Part shown: piece by piece, positions 20,615 through 31,440 of the stretch | How positions within the stretch are numbered: position 1 is the first letter of the stretch | How the letters are laid out: each line of letters begins with the position of its first letter | IMG/VR virus record: IMGVR_UViG_3300021399_000105 | Coordinates: 1 to 64,000 of that record | Strand: one strand, 5' to 3' | DNA: 64,000 nt | Source of the DNA: a virus | Lineage: Duplodnaviria > Caudoviricetes | The notes under the pieces: generated by a model | The model's input: only the letters and a program-made list of their open reading frames with translations | Told to the model about the DNA's origin: nothing | Database searches by the model: none | Made by a program: the position numbers and the translations under genes

Positions 20615-21391
20615 ATGAGTAAGTTAGAACTTAAAGATGCTGGTTTTAATATTGGTGTTAATGTTAAAATCACTAAACGAGATAAATATACAGGTAAAAT
20701 TTTAGAAACAAGAGAAAACCATAATAGGTGTTTAAGATATCAATTATTGGGTATGGCTAAGTTTCTTAATGGAGAATTTAATAGAACAGCTACAGAAGAG
20801 GAGCAAGATTATTATCACTGGGTACCTAGATATTTAGGTGTTGGAACTAATATTAAAGGTTCTAGTGAATCATCTGTTGGAACAGAAGTTAATATTAACG
20901 ATACAATGCTATTAAATGAAATATCTCCAAGAATGAAATTACCTGAAAGAAATAAAATAGTAAGTAGAAGTACACAAAGTTACATACAATTAGTTATAGA
21001 TACTTATTTACCAAGTCAATTATATAATGGTAACACAATAGCAGAAGCCGGTTTATTTGCGGATGCAACAGGTAACAATTGTTTATTTAGAATAACATTT
21101 GCGGGTATAACTAAGGATGAAAACTCCGTTATACAAGTAAGTTGGATAATAAGTATTATATCTATAGCAAGTGAAAACGAACCTTATGTTGATGTTGATA
21201 AAACAGATTTAAAAGAAATCTTAGATGAAATATTTGATAAAATAGGTTCTATGGATAGTAGATTTACAACTATATGTAATGATTTAAAACTGCAGGGTAT
21301 ACCAACATACGCTAGTACAACTGTAATGCAAGAGGATGTAAACGAGGTAACAAGTATATTAACACAAGACTACAATGCTTTAGATGAATAA
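20615..21391 (+). CDS. Putative tail fibre attachment / baseplate protein
   Basis: YLGVGT....DT.L.NEI...IAEAGLF......LFRITF..I.K pattern of fibre N-terminal attachment domains. Confidence 0.55.
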   Translation: MSKLELKDAGFNIGVNVKITKRDKYTGKILETRENHNRCLRYQLLGMAKFLNGEFNRTATEEEQDYYHWVPRYLGVGTNIKGSSESSVGTEVNINDTMLLNEISPRMKLPERNKIVSRSTQSYIQLVIDTYLPSQLYNGNTIAEAGLFADATGNNCLFRITFAGITKDENSVIQVSWIISIISIASENEPYVDVDKTDLKEILDEIFDKIGSMDSRFTTICNDLKLQGIPTYASTTVMQEDVNEVTSILTQDYNALDE

Positions 21392-21397
21392 TAAAAC

Positions 21398-21434
21398 AAG
21401 TGTGTAATTATTTAATATTACACACTTTTATTTT
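21398..21434 (+). terminator. Probable intrinsic terminator
   Basis: AAGTGTGTAAT...ATTACACACTT followed by TTATTTT. Confidence 0.65.
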
Positions 21435-21445
21435 CTTCGAATCTT

Positions 21446-21459
21446 GTAAAATATTAGTG
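21446..21459 (+). promoter_or_regulatory. Putative late promoter motif
   Basis: GTAAAATATTAGTG upstream of the portal operon. Confidence 0.65.
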
Positions 21460-21485
21460 AGGTAGAGAGGGGGAAAGATATTCCT

Positions 21486-21947
21486 ATGCAAATAACAAAA
21501 AAAGAAATTATTCAAAAGTTATATGAGATTGAAGAAAAGGAGGACATTAAATTAGGTAGAGAAGTTCAAAAAGTAATTAGAAATGAACTAGTTCCAACAG
21601 ATGTAATTAAACTTATAAATAAGTATGATAAGAACTTTTTAAAAATATATGATACCTATAATACAATTTATACGTCTAGAAATAAAAATCCATTATTTAG
21701 AAATCTCAAAAATAAAAATTTAAGTATAGAAGAGAAAGCAGTAGCAATAAGTTCATTTATAACAAAAATACTTATTTCTTGTACTAAAATACAAGATGAT
21801 ACAGAGAGACAGATGTACTGTAAAACAATGGATATAGGTTCAGCATTAAATGGTTTAACTATGTATGCCACAACATCTAATCCATCAGGTTTATTGGAGT
21901 ATTTCAATCAAGTAAATGAACTTATAAATATACTATATTTGGATTAG
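21486..21947 (+). CDS. Hypothetical protein
   Basis: ORF with purine-rich RBS; no family recognised. Confidence 0.6.
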   Translation: MQITKKEIIQKLYEIEEKEDIKLGREVQKVIRNELVPTDVIKLINKYDKNFLKIYDTYNTIYTSRNKNPLFRNLKNKNLSIEEKAVAISSFITKILISCTKIQDDTERQMYCKTMDIGSALNGLTMYATTSNPSGLLEYFNQVNELINILYLD

Positions 21948-21970
21948 TGTTACTTATAGGAGGTAGTAAA

Positions 21971-22114
21971 ATGGACATAACAAACATATTACAAGTTTTA
22001 ATATTAGTTTTATCAACAGTTAATGTTGTATTATCTATATTTACTCTTGTTAAAATAAAAGATTTATGTAACGCTAAAACTAAAACAGAACAAGTTTTAT
22101 CACAATTTAAATAA
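21971..22114 (+). CDS. Small membrane protein (47 aa)
   Basis: AGGAGG RBS; hydrophobic ILQVLILVLSTVNVVLSIFTLV. Confidence 0.6.
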   Translation: MDITNILQVLILVLSTVNVVLSIFTLVKIKDLCNAKTKTEQVLSQFK

Positions 22115-22125
22115 AGGAGTAATAT

Positions 22126-24009
22126 ATGAGTTTAAGAGATAAAATTAGAGAGGGATTATATAAATTAAGAGTTATACCTAAACCAGGTATGGACTCATCA
22201 TTAGCTACAACTAAAGATTCAGATACTGTAATAAATCAAGTACAAAAAGCGTTAGATAACGGAGAACCAGTAGATTTTACAGATTTCACACGTATTGACG
22301 GATTGAAAATGTCTCGTGAAGAGAGATGTGCCGCTTATGAAGAAATGGTATTAGATGGTAGAATAGGTGCTGCAATAGAGATGTACGCTAATGATGCTGT
22401 ACAATACAATCCAGAAGGTAAAGTTATCTGGGTAGAGTCTGACGATGAAGAGAACAAAACTGTTATTGTAGCTTATGTAGAAAAATTATTAAAAGATTTA
22501 CATATTCCAGAAAATATATGGTCGTATGCATATTGCTTATGTTTATATGGAGATGTTTACTTAGAAACATTTGCAAATACATCAAACAGTGGAGATAAAC
22601 CAACATTGTTAGTTGAACCAGCTAGAAATAATCTATCTGTATTATTACAAAAGAAATTAGATGGTTCTAAAATTGAAAGATATGTAGAAAAAATACCAAA
22701 TCCAGTAGAAATATATGATTTACAGTATAGAGGTAAAACAAGTGGATTTGTAAGAAGTTTAGATGATTTAAAAGAATCTACAAATAAGAATAATAACAAT
22801 GGACTTTTCACAACATACTATAACAATACAAATCACAATGTTTCAATTTATAGCCCACAAAAGTTTGTACATATTTGTTTATCTCCAAATATAAATAGAT
22901 TTCCAGCAAAATTTAATTTATTTCATAATAACAAATTAAACAAAATAGATAATAACAGTAATGTACTTGATGGAACTAATTTAGAAGGTGCTGGAGGAGA
23001 TTTATGCTATGATGTAAAAATGGGACAATCTATATTGGAAAATGTGTATTATCCATATCAATCATTAAAACTTAAAGAAGATAGCGTAACTTTAGAGAGA
23101 ATAACAAAAGCGTCTATTACTAGAATTATACAAGTAGAACTTGGGGATATGCCTGAGCCACAAAAGAAAGTTAAATTACAAGAAATTAAACAACAAATAG
23201 AACAACAGTTGATTATGAATAAAGACCAAGGATACTTACAAAGTACTCCAGGAGCTCAACCTATGGAAAATATAATATATACTACAACCAAAAATGGTAA
23301 AGGAACTATATCTACAGTAAATATAGGTGGAGACGTTAACATAGGAGATTTAGCAGATATAGATAAAGCTGAAAATAAACTATATGGTGCATTACTTATT
23401 CCTAAAGCTTTATTAGGTGGAGACATGGAAGGTAGTGGTCTTAGTAACGGTGGTTCTTTAACTGAGATGAATACTACATATGCAAGAAGAATTAAAAGAA
23501 TACAAAGTGCTTTAATAGCAGGTATAACAGACTTAGTTAACATATTCGCATTAGCTGAAGGTGTTGGAACAGAAATAATAGGTAAATTTAATATCAAGTT
23601 AACACCTGTAATAACAGTTGAGGATGTAAGACGTGACGAATTATTATCAACAAAAATAAATAATGTTAGAGATATAATGGGATTATTTAGTGGTTTGGAC
23701 GAAAAAATTGATGAAAGTACAAAAATATCTATGTTATCTACATGGTTAAGTAACTATTTAAGTCAACAAGATATTGTTAGTATTATAGATAAAACATTAA
23801 AAGAACAAGAGGATGAACAACAAAATAATATTGAAGATACACAAGTAGATGAAGAGGAATCAATTGAAGATATAGATTTTGATAGTGAAACACCTTCGTT
23901 TCCTAATTTAAATAGTCCTCAAGATGATATGGAAACATATGAAGCTCCTGATTTAGATACAGCTGAGGATATAAATACATCCGATATTGAAGGCGAGGAT
24001 TTAGTATAA
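22126..24009 (+). CDS. Portal protein (T4 gp20-like)
   Basis: YEEM..D..I.AAIEMYA.DA; LYGD.Y; G.SILE......LKLKED....RI......RI..VE.GDMP; KLYGAL.IPK..L; YARRIKRIQ; acidic tail. Confidence 0.85.
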   Translation: MSLRDKIREGLYKLRVIPKPGMDSSLATTKDSDTVINQVQKALDNGEPVDFTDFTRIDGLKMSREERCAAYEEMVLDGRIGAAIEMYANDAVQYNPEGKVIWVESDDEENKTVIVAYVEKLLKDLHIPENIWSYAYCLCLYGDVYLETFANTSNSGDKPTLLVEPARNNLSVLLQKKLDGSKIERYVEKIPNPVEIYDLQYRGKTSGFVRSLDDLKESTNKNNNNGLFTTYYNNTNHNVSIYSPQKFVHICLSPNINRFPAKFNLFHNNKLNKIDNNSNVLDGTNLEGAGGDLCYDVKMGQSILENVYYPYQSLKLKEDSVTLERITKASITRIIQVELGDMPEPQKKVKLQEIKQQIEQQLIMNKDQGYLQSTPGAQPMENIIYTTTKNGKGTISTVNIGGDVNIGDLADIDKAENKLYGALLIPKALLGGDMEGSGLSNGGSLTEMNTTYARRIKRIQSALIAGITDLVNIFALAEGVGTEIIGKFNIKLTPVITVEDVRRDELLSTKINNVRDIMGLFSGLDEKIDESTKISMLSTWLSNYLSQQDIVSIIDKTLKEQEDEQQNNIEDTQVDEEESIEDIDFDSETPSFPNLNSPQDDMETYEAPDLDTAEDINTSDIEGEDLV

Positions 24010-24015
24010 ATGTAG

Positions 24016-24047
24016 AATAAGGGTAAAAATAGTTACCCTTATTTTTT
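24016..24047 (+). terminator. Intrinsic terminator at the end of the structural block
   Basis: AATAAGGGTAA...TTACCCTTATT followed by TTTT. Confidence 0.75.
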
Positions 24048-24078
24048 AATGTATTTACTTTTAAGGAGGTTTATATAT

Positions 24079-24234
24079 ATGGAAAGAAACCATTGTTACA
24101 ACTGTAAACTTAGAAAAGTAGGATGTCATTCGACTTGTGATATATATAAATCATATCTTAAAAAGCTAGATGTTATTAAACATAATAAACAAAAAGAACA
24201 TGTATTCAAACATAGAAAGAAGGTAGAATTATAA
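24079..24234 (+). CDS. Small Cys-rich hypothetical protein
   Basis: AAGGAGG RBS; CYNC..RKVGCHSTC..Y motif. Confidence 0.6.
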   Translation: MERNHCYNCKLRKVGCHSTCDIYKSYLKKLDVIKHNKQKEHVFKHRKKVEL

Positions 24235-24461
24235 TGGAAGAAAAACAACAAGAAGAAATAAGTGAATTAACAAAACAATTTATAGATAAGTTAGAATTAG
24301 TTCGTAAAGATTACATTAAATGTAAAGATGATTTAGCTGTATCTATTAGAAAAGATGTTGTATCTGCTTATATTAAATCATGTATAGAAGATAGTAAAGG
24401 AGATTATAATACACTAGTAAATAAGTTAAATGAATATATTGAAAATTTATATACAATATAA
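24234..24461 (+). CDS. Hypothetical protein
   Basis: TAATG translational coupling to the previous gene. Confidence 0.6.
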   Translation: MEEKQQEEISELTKQFIDKLELVRKDYIKCKDDLAVSIRKDVVSAYIKSCIEDSKGDYNTLVNKLNEYIENLYTI

Positions 24462-24469
24462 AGATGTTA
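24462..24469 (+). promoter_or_regulatory. Putative middle/replication-phase promoter motif AGATGTTA (first of about 10 copies)
   Basis: AGATGTTA plus an AT-rich tail at 24462, 25980, 29120, 31074, 34964, 43759, 52111, 56190, 59880 and 61109, each shortly upstream of a start codon. Confidence 0.6.
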
Positions 24470-24493
24470 ATATAATAGGAGGTAGATGTTAAC

Positions 24494-24760
24494 ATGGGCG
24501 ATGAAATGAATAATGAGAATCTTACAGAAGCTATAAAAACTATACAAATGTATAAAACAAGTTCATCAAATATTAGCAGTGTTGGATATAGTAAAGAGAA
24601 TAAAATATTAAAGGTTATTTTTTCTAATGGGGGATGTTATATTTATTTTGGTATACCAGAATTTGTGTGGAAGGAATTATGTGAAGCACAAAGTAAAGGA
24701 AAATACTTACGAGAAAACATCACAAGAAATAAAACAATTAAATATATGAAATTAAACTAA
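24494..24760 (+). CDS. KTSC domain protein
   Basis: SSSNISSVGY......L.V.FSNG..Y.Y.G.P...W..L..A.SKGKY....I. Confidence 0.9.
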   Translation: MGDEMNNENLTEAIKTIQMYKTSSSNISSVGYSKENKILKVIFSNGGCYIYFGIPEFVWKELCEAQSKGKYLRENITRNKTIKYMKLN

Positions 24761-24863
24761 ATTTTTATCATACTACCTATAAAAATGGCTTAGTTTTAAC
24801 GAAATTAAATTTTAAGCCATTTTTATTTGTGAGTTATATAAAATTATTATTAAGGAGTTAAAT

Positions 24864-25961
24864 ATGGAATATAATATAAAATTTAATCGAGTTATTTTAT
24901 TTGATGGCTCTTACTGTTTACATAGAGCATTATCTGTACCCAATTATTGGGATATGATTAACTCAAAGGGTGTTAAAACAGGTGGAATTTTAGGTGTTAT
25001 AAAAACTATTCTAAAAGAACTAAAAACATACAATTATTACCCAATAGTTGTATTTGATGGGGGATTATCATCAAGAAGATTAAATATATTTCCAAACTAC
25101 AAAAGAAATTTGGAAAAACAACAACTATTAGAAAGTGTACAAGAAAAAACGGAACAACAACTTATAGATGAACAATTTATGCAAGAGTATAGAAATCAAA
25201 GAGAATATTTAATAGACTTATTGCCTAAATTAGGTATACCTACTATTAGAGTTAAAGATTGGGAAGGTGACGATATTTTATATATACTATCTAAAATGTG
25301 TTTAGACAGTATTGTAGTTTCTGATGATAAGGATTTAATTCAACTTATTCATGAACCTGAGATTGGTGATAATAGAATTTGTAATATTAGACGTGCGTTA
25401 AATGATGAATTTTGGACAATGGATACTCTAAAGGAAATGAACTTGAATATAAAAGACTATATTGGTTGTAAAGCTATTATTGGTGATGCTAGTGATAATA
25501 TGGCATCAGCTTGCTATCAAGTTGGGGATAAAACAGCTATGGGGTTATTAACATTATATAGAAATATACTTGAGGATGATATAAATTGGCCCGAAGATGA
25601 AAATACTCTTAAAAAAATATGTGAGGATTATAATATACCAAAAAGAAAAGCATATCTTAATTTTAATGAAGAGCAATTTCTCAAAAATTTATTATTAACA
25701 GACCTTAGTCTTGTAGATAATGATGTAAATGAAGGTATAATTAAATACATACAAGATATTATAATTCAATGTGATTTAGTACAAAACTACGAAAAAGCTA
25801 GTGAAATACTTAAAAATTTAGAAATCAATACAATAAATGCAAATGAAATTAAAAATACAATGCTATGGCATAAAAATTTTTTAAGCTTACAAAACATTGA
25901 TAAAACTAAGGATATAGCTAAAATAAATAAACCAAAATCTACATCAGATTTATTATTTTAG
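24864..25961 (+). CDS. 5'-3' exonuclease / flap endonuclease (T4 RNase H-like)
   Basis: LFDGS, VVFDGG.S.RR..FP.YK.N, EGDD, VSDDKDLIQL, IGDASDN acidic motifs. Confidence 0.9.
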   Translation: MEYNIKFNRVILFDGSYCLHRALSVPNYWDMINSKGVKTGGILGVIKTILKELKTYNYYPIVVFDGGLSSRRLNIFPNYKRNLEKQQLLESVQEKTEQQLIDEQFMQEYRNQREYLIDLLPKLGIPTIRVKDWEGDDILYILSKMCLDSIVVSDDKDLIQLIHEPEIGDNRICNIRRALNDEFWTMDTLKEMNLNIKDYIGCKAIIGDASDNMASACYQVGDKTAMGLLTLYRNILEDDINWPEDENTLKKICEDYNIPKRKAYLNFNEEQFLKNLLLTDLSLVDNDVNEGIIKYIQDIIIQCDLVQNYEKASEILKNLEINTINANEIKNTMLWHKNFLSLQNIDKTKDIAKINKPKSTSDLLF

Positions 25962-26084
25962 CATTATTAAAGAAAGTTAAGATGTTATATATAATTAGGT
26001 ACAAATTTATATAAACTTTTTGCAAGTTAAGTTTGAGATTTATAAACAAGTACCTAAATATAATATGCGACTGGGGGTTTATGT

Positions 26085-28361
26085 ATGTTAAATATAGATA
26101 GTATGGAAAAATTAAACATGTTAACTAATACATACAATAAACCTCCCATTATTAAAAATAATATAGATGTATCGTCTACAATTAAAAAACAAGCTTGGTA
26201 TTTTGAAGAAGCTATAAATTCTAAAGTTATACAAATTTTAGTTAATTATAAACAAGTATTTGAAACTTATGATATAGCTTTTGAAGATTTAAACCGAGCT
26301 GTTTTTAGTTTATATTGGTACTACAAAACATTTAAGTGTAAATCTTATACAAGGGTTCCAAATAGATTTATTGTGGATGTATCTCAAACATCTAGGAGAA
26401 AAGTAGATTTAATACTATCTCTACTAAGTGCTACAGATTTATTTGACATTAAATTAGAGCAATTTTATATATTGTATAAACCTAATATCGATATATTTAG
26501 CTGCGATAAATATATACAAAAAAGAATAGAACAAACACATAAAAGTTATGTTTATAAATTGGAATGCTTATGTTCAAATAAACAAAGTGTATATTTTGAT
26601 GATTACAACAAGAAAATTAAACATAATCATCTTAAAGAAAGTATCCTTTGTTATATGTTTGCATATAGTGAACTTAATAGTGATAAAGTTTTTTATAAGA
26701 CAAGAGTATTTGAAGATGGACATCAAATACTCTACTTAGAGTGTCCAACAGAATTATTAGCGTATATACACAATACAAAACCAGACAATATTAGAATGTA
26801 CATGAACAAACTATGTAATGGGTGTACATATATTAAAAGACACAATAAAGTATTTACAGATGAACGTGTAGATAAATATAATAAAATTAAATCTAAAATA
26901 GTAAATCCAATGCACTATTTAAATCGAGACTATAAAAAATATACACTAAGTAATTGGCAGTACATGAATGATAGTACTGGATTATCTTGGGAAAAAACAC
27001 ACCCAAGAATAACTAAAGACTCATATATAATATTTTTAAACAACTTTAGAAATTGTAGAATTGGCAAAAAAGTATTATCAACTTATGAGAAATATAAACA
27101 AAGTATTATAACTCAAAGTCAATTTATAGAAGTTTACAAATTTTTAAATATAAAGAACGTATATAGTTTACAGTGTAATGACAATCTAAATAATACAACC
27201 CTTCAATCATTACAGTTTGATATGAACAACAAGCTAAGCAAAAGAGATATAAATAAAATAAACCAAATGAAAGCTACAACACCTGGGGTTGGAGTGTATT
27301 ATAATAATGATAAACCAAATGATTTAGATGATAAAATATTTAAACAAAGAGTTAAACTAAAGTCAGAAGATATTAACAGTATATATTCTTTTGATATAGT
27401 AATGACAATAAAGAATATAAAATATAGACTAGAAAATGGTAATAAAAAAGATTTCAAATATTACATTAAAATTTATAAACAATGTGTTCAAGAGTTAATT
27501 AAGAGAATGGTTAACTCTTGGGAATTTACTTTAGTTACTAATGTAGAAAATATTAGAGTAAATAAATTTAAACAATGGCAAATAGATAAATACACATTAA
27601 ATGAATACAAAACTATCAACGAGTTATTAAAAAATTATTTACCTGATTATTATGAGAGCATTTATTCGGAGTTTTTAGACAGTACACTTAGTAGATATAA
27701 ACACTTAGAGTATTTTTATAATAAATTTTACAATTTAGTAAGTTCTCAAAATGAGAATATAAACAAGCAGTTATTTTTTAGAAAGTTTATTAGAAATTTA
27801 GAAAATTCAGAAATTTATAAAAATACATCAAATAGACAAAATATACTTATAAATTACTCGGATAAAAATAATCCAACTACTTATAGTTTAAATCCTTATA
27901 TAATTTATGAACAGTTTAAAGTAGCAAAAACAGATATAGAAAAACAAAAAGAGTATGAAAATATAGTTATAGATAAAAAAAGTTACTTTGATATTCACAG
28001 TTGGAAGAATTATTTTGAATATGCATATAAGTTAACACAAACTTTGGATACTAAACTTGTAGATAAAATAAAGAAATCTCTAATAAAATTTAAAATTAAA
28101 CACTATGGAGAAAATATAGATACATTAAAGGATTATGTTAGAAAATACGAACAACCATTTACAACTCAAAAAGATTATGACAATTATAAATATAGTATTT
28201 CCTTATTTGGTAAAACAGGTACAGTTGTAGAGCAACAAATAGAAGAAATAAAAGCTCAAATATTTGAAAAGGAACATAGTAAAACTTTGTTCTACGATAA
28301 TAATATTAAAGCCAATGTAAATAATTTCTTCGAGGAATTTGGTAGTATACTAATTACATAA
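26085..28361 (+). CDS. Large basic hypothetical protein (758 aa); candidate origin-binding protein by position only
   Basis: Long Lys/Tyr/Asn-rich ORF immediately before the longest non-coding region; no motif recognised. Confidence 0.55.
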   Translation: MLNIDSMEKLNMLTNTYNKPPIIKNNIDVSSTIKKQAWYFEEAINSKVIQILVNYKQVFETYDIAFEDLNRAVFSLYWYYKTFKCKSYTRVPNRFIVDVSQTSRRKVDLILSLLSATDLFDIKLEQFYILYKPNIDIFSCDKYIQKRIEQTHKSYVYKLECLCSNKQSVYFDDYNKKIKHNHLKESILCYMFAYSELNSDKVFYKTRVFEDGHQILYLECPTELLAYIHNTKPDNIRMYMNKLCNGCTYIKRHNKVFTDERVDKYNKIKSKIVNPMHYLNRDYKKYTLSNWQYMNDSTGLSWEKTHPRITKDSYIIFLNNFRNCRIGKKVLSTYEKYKQSIITQSQFIEVYKFLNIKNVYSLQCNDNLNNTTLQSLQFDMNNKLSKRDINKINQMKATTPGVGVYYNNDKPNDLDDKIFKQRVKLKSEDINSIYSFDIVMTIKNIKYRLENGNKKDFKYYIKIYKQCVQELIKRMVNSWEFTLVTNVENIRVNKFKQWQIDKYTLNEYKTINELLKNYLPDYYESIYSEFLDSTLSRYKHLEYFYNKFYNLVSSQNENINKQLFFRKFIRNLENSEIYKNTSNRQNILINYSDKNNPTTYSLNPYIIYEQFKVAKTDIEKQKEYENIVIDKKSYFDIHSWKNYFEYAYKLTQTLDTKLVDKIKKSLIKFKIKHYGENIDTLKDYVRKYEQPFTTQKDYDNYKYSISLFGKTGTVVEQQIEEIKAQIFEKEHSKTLFYDNNIKANVNNFFEEFGSILIT

Positions 28362-29119
28362 ATCATTTAAATGTTCTTGAGGAATAATAAAATAAAAACA
28401 CGTAATTCGTTTTTAACCTTAATTATATTCTAGTAATAAGTCAAATTACTAATAATAAAAACGTAAATTGTGTTTTTAATAAGTGGAGTTTAAAAATTTA
28501 ATATATAAACTCCACTATTTCTGTTTCTTAAAGATTTAAATAAATTTTTAATACAGTGAAAATTACACCAAATTAAACTAAAAATGATATAAATTTTTAA
28601 AAATATTTTTTAAATTTTTATTGTAATTGTAACTTTATACAAATTTATAACCGTATTATATAAATGAAACAGGTACACGAAAGTACAGATGTTGGAGTTT
28701 ATATACTTTATTTTATATATTCTCATCGTTATTTAGTACATAAGTGTAGTTGTTTAATAAAATTCTAAATGCTAAAAGTGTGAATATCTTTAAATCAAGT
28801 ATATTCTAAAAATTAGCATTTATTTAATATTTTGAATTAACTAAATATAATTCTCTTCTCTAAAGATATAAAATGTAGAGATTATGTTGTGTGACTTAAT
28901 ATGTGTTTACTTGTATGACTACAAATACTTTGATATTAGGTATGTTTTTAAAAATTCTGCTCACCCTCATCCCTTCTTTGATAATTTGCCTTGTTTAATT
29001 ATTATATCTTAATCTCGTACGAGATTCGATTTTAAAGCATTTTTGTATAGAAATAATAAACTTATATTATTAAGTAATTTTTCAGCATTGAATCGTGAAT
29101 GTAATATATGTTATTATAG
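28362..29119. other. AT-rich non-coding region with several inverted repeats; candidate replication origin
   Basis: About 760 bp without an ORF; GTGGAGTTTA...TAAACTCCAC hairpin and AAAAAC...GTTTTT repeats; precedes the helicase and replication genes. Confidence 0.4.
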
Positions 29120-29155
29120 AGATGTTATAAATATAGTAATAAATGATGAAAGGTT

Positions 29156-31074
29156 GTGTTAAATTACATGATAGAGAATAGTAATATATACTCGAAGTTT
29201 AAGTATGAACCTAGTATATATCAAAAACAAATCATTGATAAAATACTTAATACAAATGAAAATTTACTGGTAAATGCTAAAGCTGGTAGTGGTAAAACTT
29301 CTACATTGTTAATGATAGCTGAATGTTTAAAACAACAAAATAAAAATAGCTTATTTTTAGCGTTTAATAAAAGTATTGTAGAGGAATTAAAGTTAAAAGT
29401 AGATACCTCTTACTGTAGTGTTAAAACTTTACACAGTTTGGGTTTTTCTTATATATGTAGTTATTTATATTCTAAATATAAAACTGAATATAAGTTAGAA
29501 GTAGATTCTAATTATTTTAAAGATATAATTAGTTTTTATTTTCAAGATATTTGTGGTGAATCGTTTAGTCGGTTCTTTGGAAGCATCTTTTTGTTCAAAC
29601 TTAAAAGAAACAGTAGCTTTGAAAAGAAAGTTGATTGATGTTATTGAAAATGTATGTAACTTTTTAAGATTTTATAATATAGATTATTATGATACAGAAA
29701 AAGTAATTGAATTAGCTGAGGATATAAGTGATGAATGTAAAGATTGTAATTTATATGGTATAGATAACTATCCTGAAGTTATTAAAAAATCTTTAGATAG
29801 AGTATTAGATTTATTTAATAACCCAGAGTTTGATGGGGATATACCTGTATATAGAATAAATTTTGTTGATATGATATGGTTTCCCAATATATTTGATATG
29901 AGGTGCCCTTATTCTTATAGAAATACAAAAAACATTCTTATTGATGAATCTCAAGATATAAACATACTAGAGCAAATTTTAATTAAACGTTTTATTAAAA
30001 GTAATAAAGATACAAGATTTATTTTTGTTGGGGATAAATTTCAATCTATATATGGTTTTGCTGGAGCAGATGTACATTCCATAGATAATATCACAAACAA
30101 TTTTAATTTAACTTCTTTACCCTTAAATATATGCTATAGGTGTCCTAAACACATAATTACGTTAGCTCAAACAATAGTACCGGATATTGAATGTAATCCA
30201 ACTAGACAGGATTTAGGTAATATATATACATTACCTAATTCTGAATTATCTCACTATTTACAAAACGATGATATTTTAGTACGGTAGAACAAATAGCGAT
30301 TTATTAAATTTATTTATTGAACTAGTACTAAAGCAAAAGGTATCTGTTAAATTTTTAAATACAGAGTTAGTTAATGGTGTTATAACTACTATTAAGGATG
30401 CTATAGGTGGTTTATTAGCTAGATACAAGTTATCTGATAAGTATTATGAAAGTATAGTACAAGAAGCTGAAGATAAACCTTATTTATTTAAAGGTTATCC
30501 TTATGAAACATGTTTAAAAGACATTAAAAATAATAAATTTAGTGCTTGTAAAAACGATAAGGTTATAACAACTTTAACTTTAAAAAATGCTATTGATGAG
30601 TATAAGTGTTTAGAAAATTTAAAATTTGCTGACGTTTTTGTTAAGGAACAATTATCTAAGTCTCAACCTTATGTTCTACAGCAGTTAACAACTTTAGTTG
30701 ATGCTATTGATTATTTTATAACATTGTTTAAACAACAGAATAGATGTGTAGGTGATACTTTAGATAAATTTGTAGATTACGTTGCTAATTACATAAAAGC
30801 GAACGATAATAAAAATGTACCAAAATTGGCATCAATACATAAAATGAAGGGTAGCGAAGCAGATAGAATTTTTATATATAACTATAATAAATTTCCTTAT
30901 ACTTGGGAAGACCAAACAGAAGAAGATAAACAACAGGAGTTAAATCTACAGTATGTTGCTATAACTAGAGCTAAAAAATCATTATTTTTATGTGTAGAAG
31001 ATAAAAGTGATAATACATACAGTGATTTCTGCAAAAAATTATTAAGTTCTAATATAACATTTAACCGACTATAA
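29156..31074 (+). CDS. Superfamily 1 (UvrD-like) helicase; one gene with +1 shifts at CGG 29570-29572 and 30282-30284
   Basis: Motifs are spread across three ORFs: AKAGSGKT, LAFNK, KTLHSLG | IDESQD, VGDKFQSIYGFAGA, LNICYRCP | ILV-G-RTN, SIHKMKGSEAD, ELNLQYVAITRAK. Confidence 0.85.
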
Positions 31075-31104
31075 GATGTTATTATTATAAGGAGGTATTA
31101 TTTA

Positions 31105-31434
31105 GTGGAACTGGAAAATAAGCTACAAGCACAAGATGTTATAAACACGTTAGGTCAATTAGACACATGTTTACATTTGTTAAACAGTGAAATTAAAATT
31201 CATCCTACAATAACATCTTTACAAGTTATAAATAATTATATGTTGGATTTAAAGAATAATTTAGAACAACAAATTACTAATTATGAACAAGCATGTGTTG
31301 TTTTAAGTAATACTATCACATCTCTCAAAAGTTTGATAACAGATATAAATAAGGATAGTGTAAGAAATAAACAACAAGTTATTAAATTAGTTCATAAAAG
31401 AATAGATGAAATATTAAACGATAATAGTTTATAA
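31105..31434 (+). CDS. Hypothetical coiled-coil protein
   Basis: AAGGAGG RBS, GTG start. Confidence 0.6.
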   Translation: MELENKLQAQDVINTLGQLDTCLHLLNSEIKIHPTITSLQVINNYMLDLKNNLEQQITNYEQACVVLSNTITSLKSLITDINKDSVRNKQQVIKLVHKRIDEILNDNSL

Positions 31435-31440
31435 ATAAAT

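Noticed and set aside
28362-29119. CRISPR array or iteron array in the long non-coding region
   Set aside because: No regularly spaced direct repeats; only short imperfect inverted repeats.
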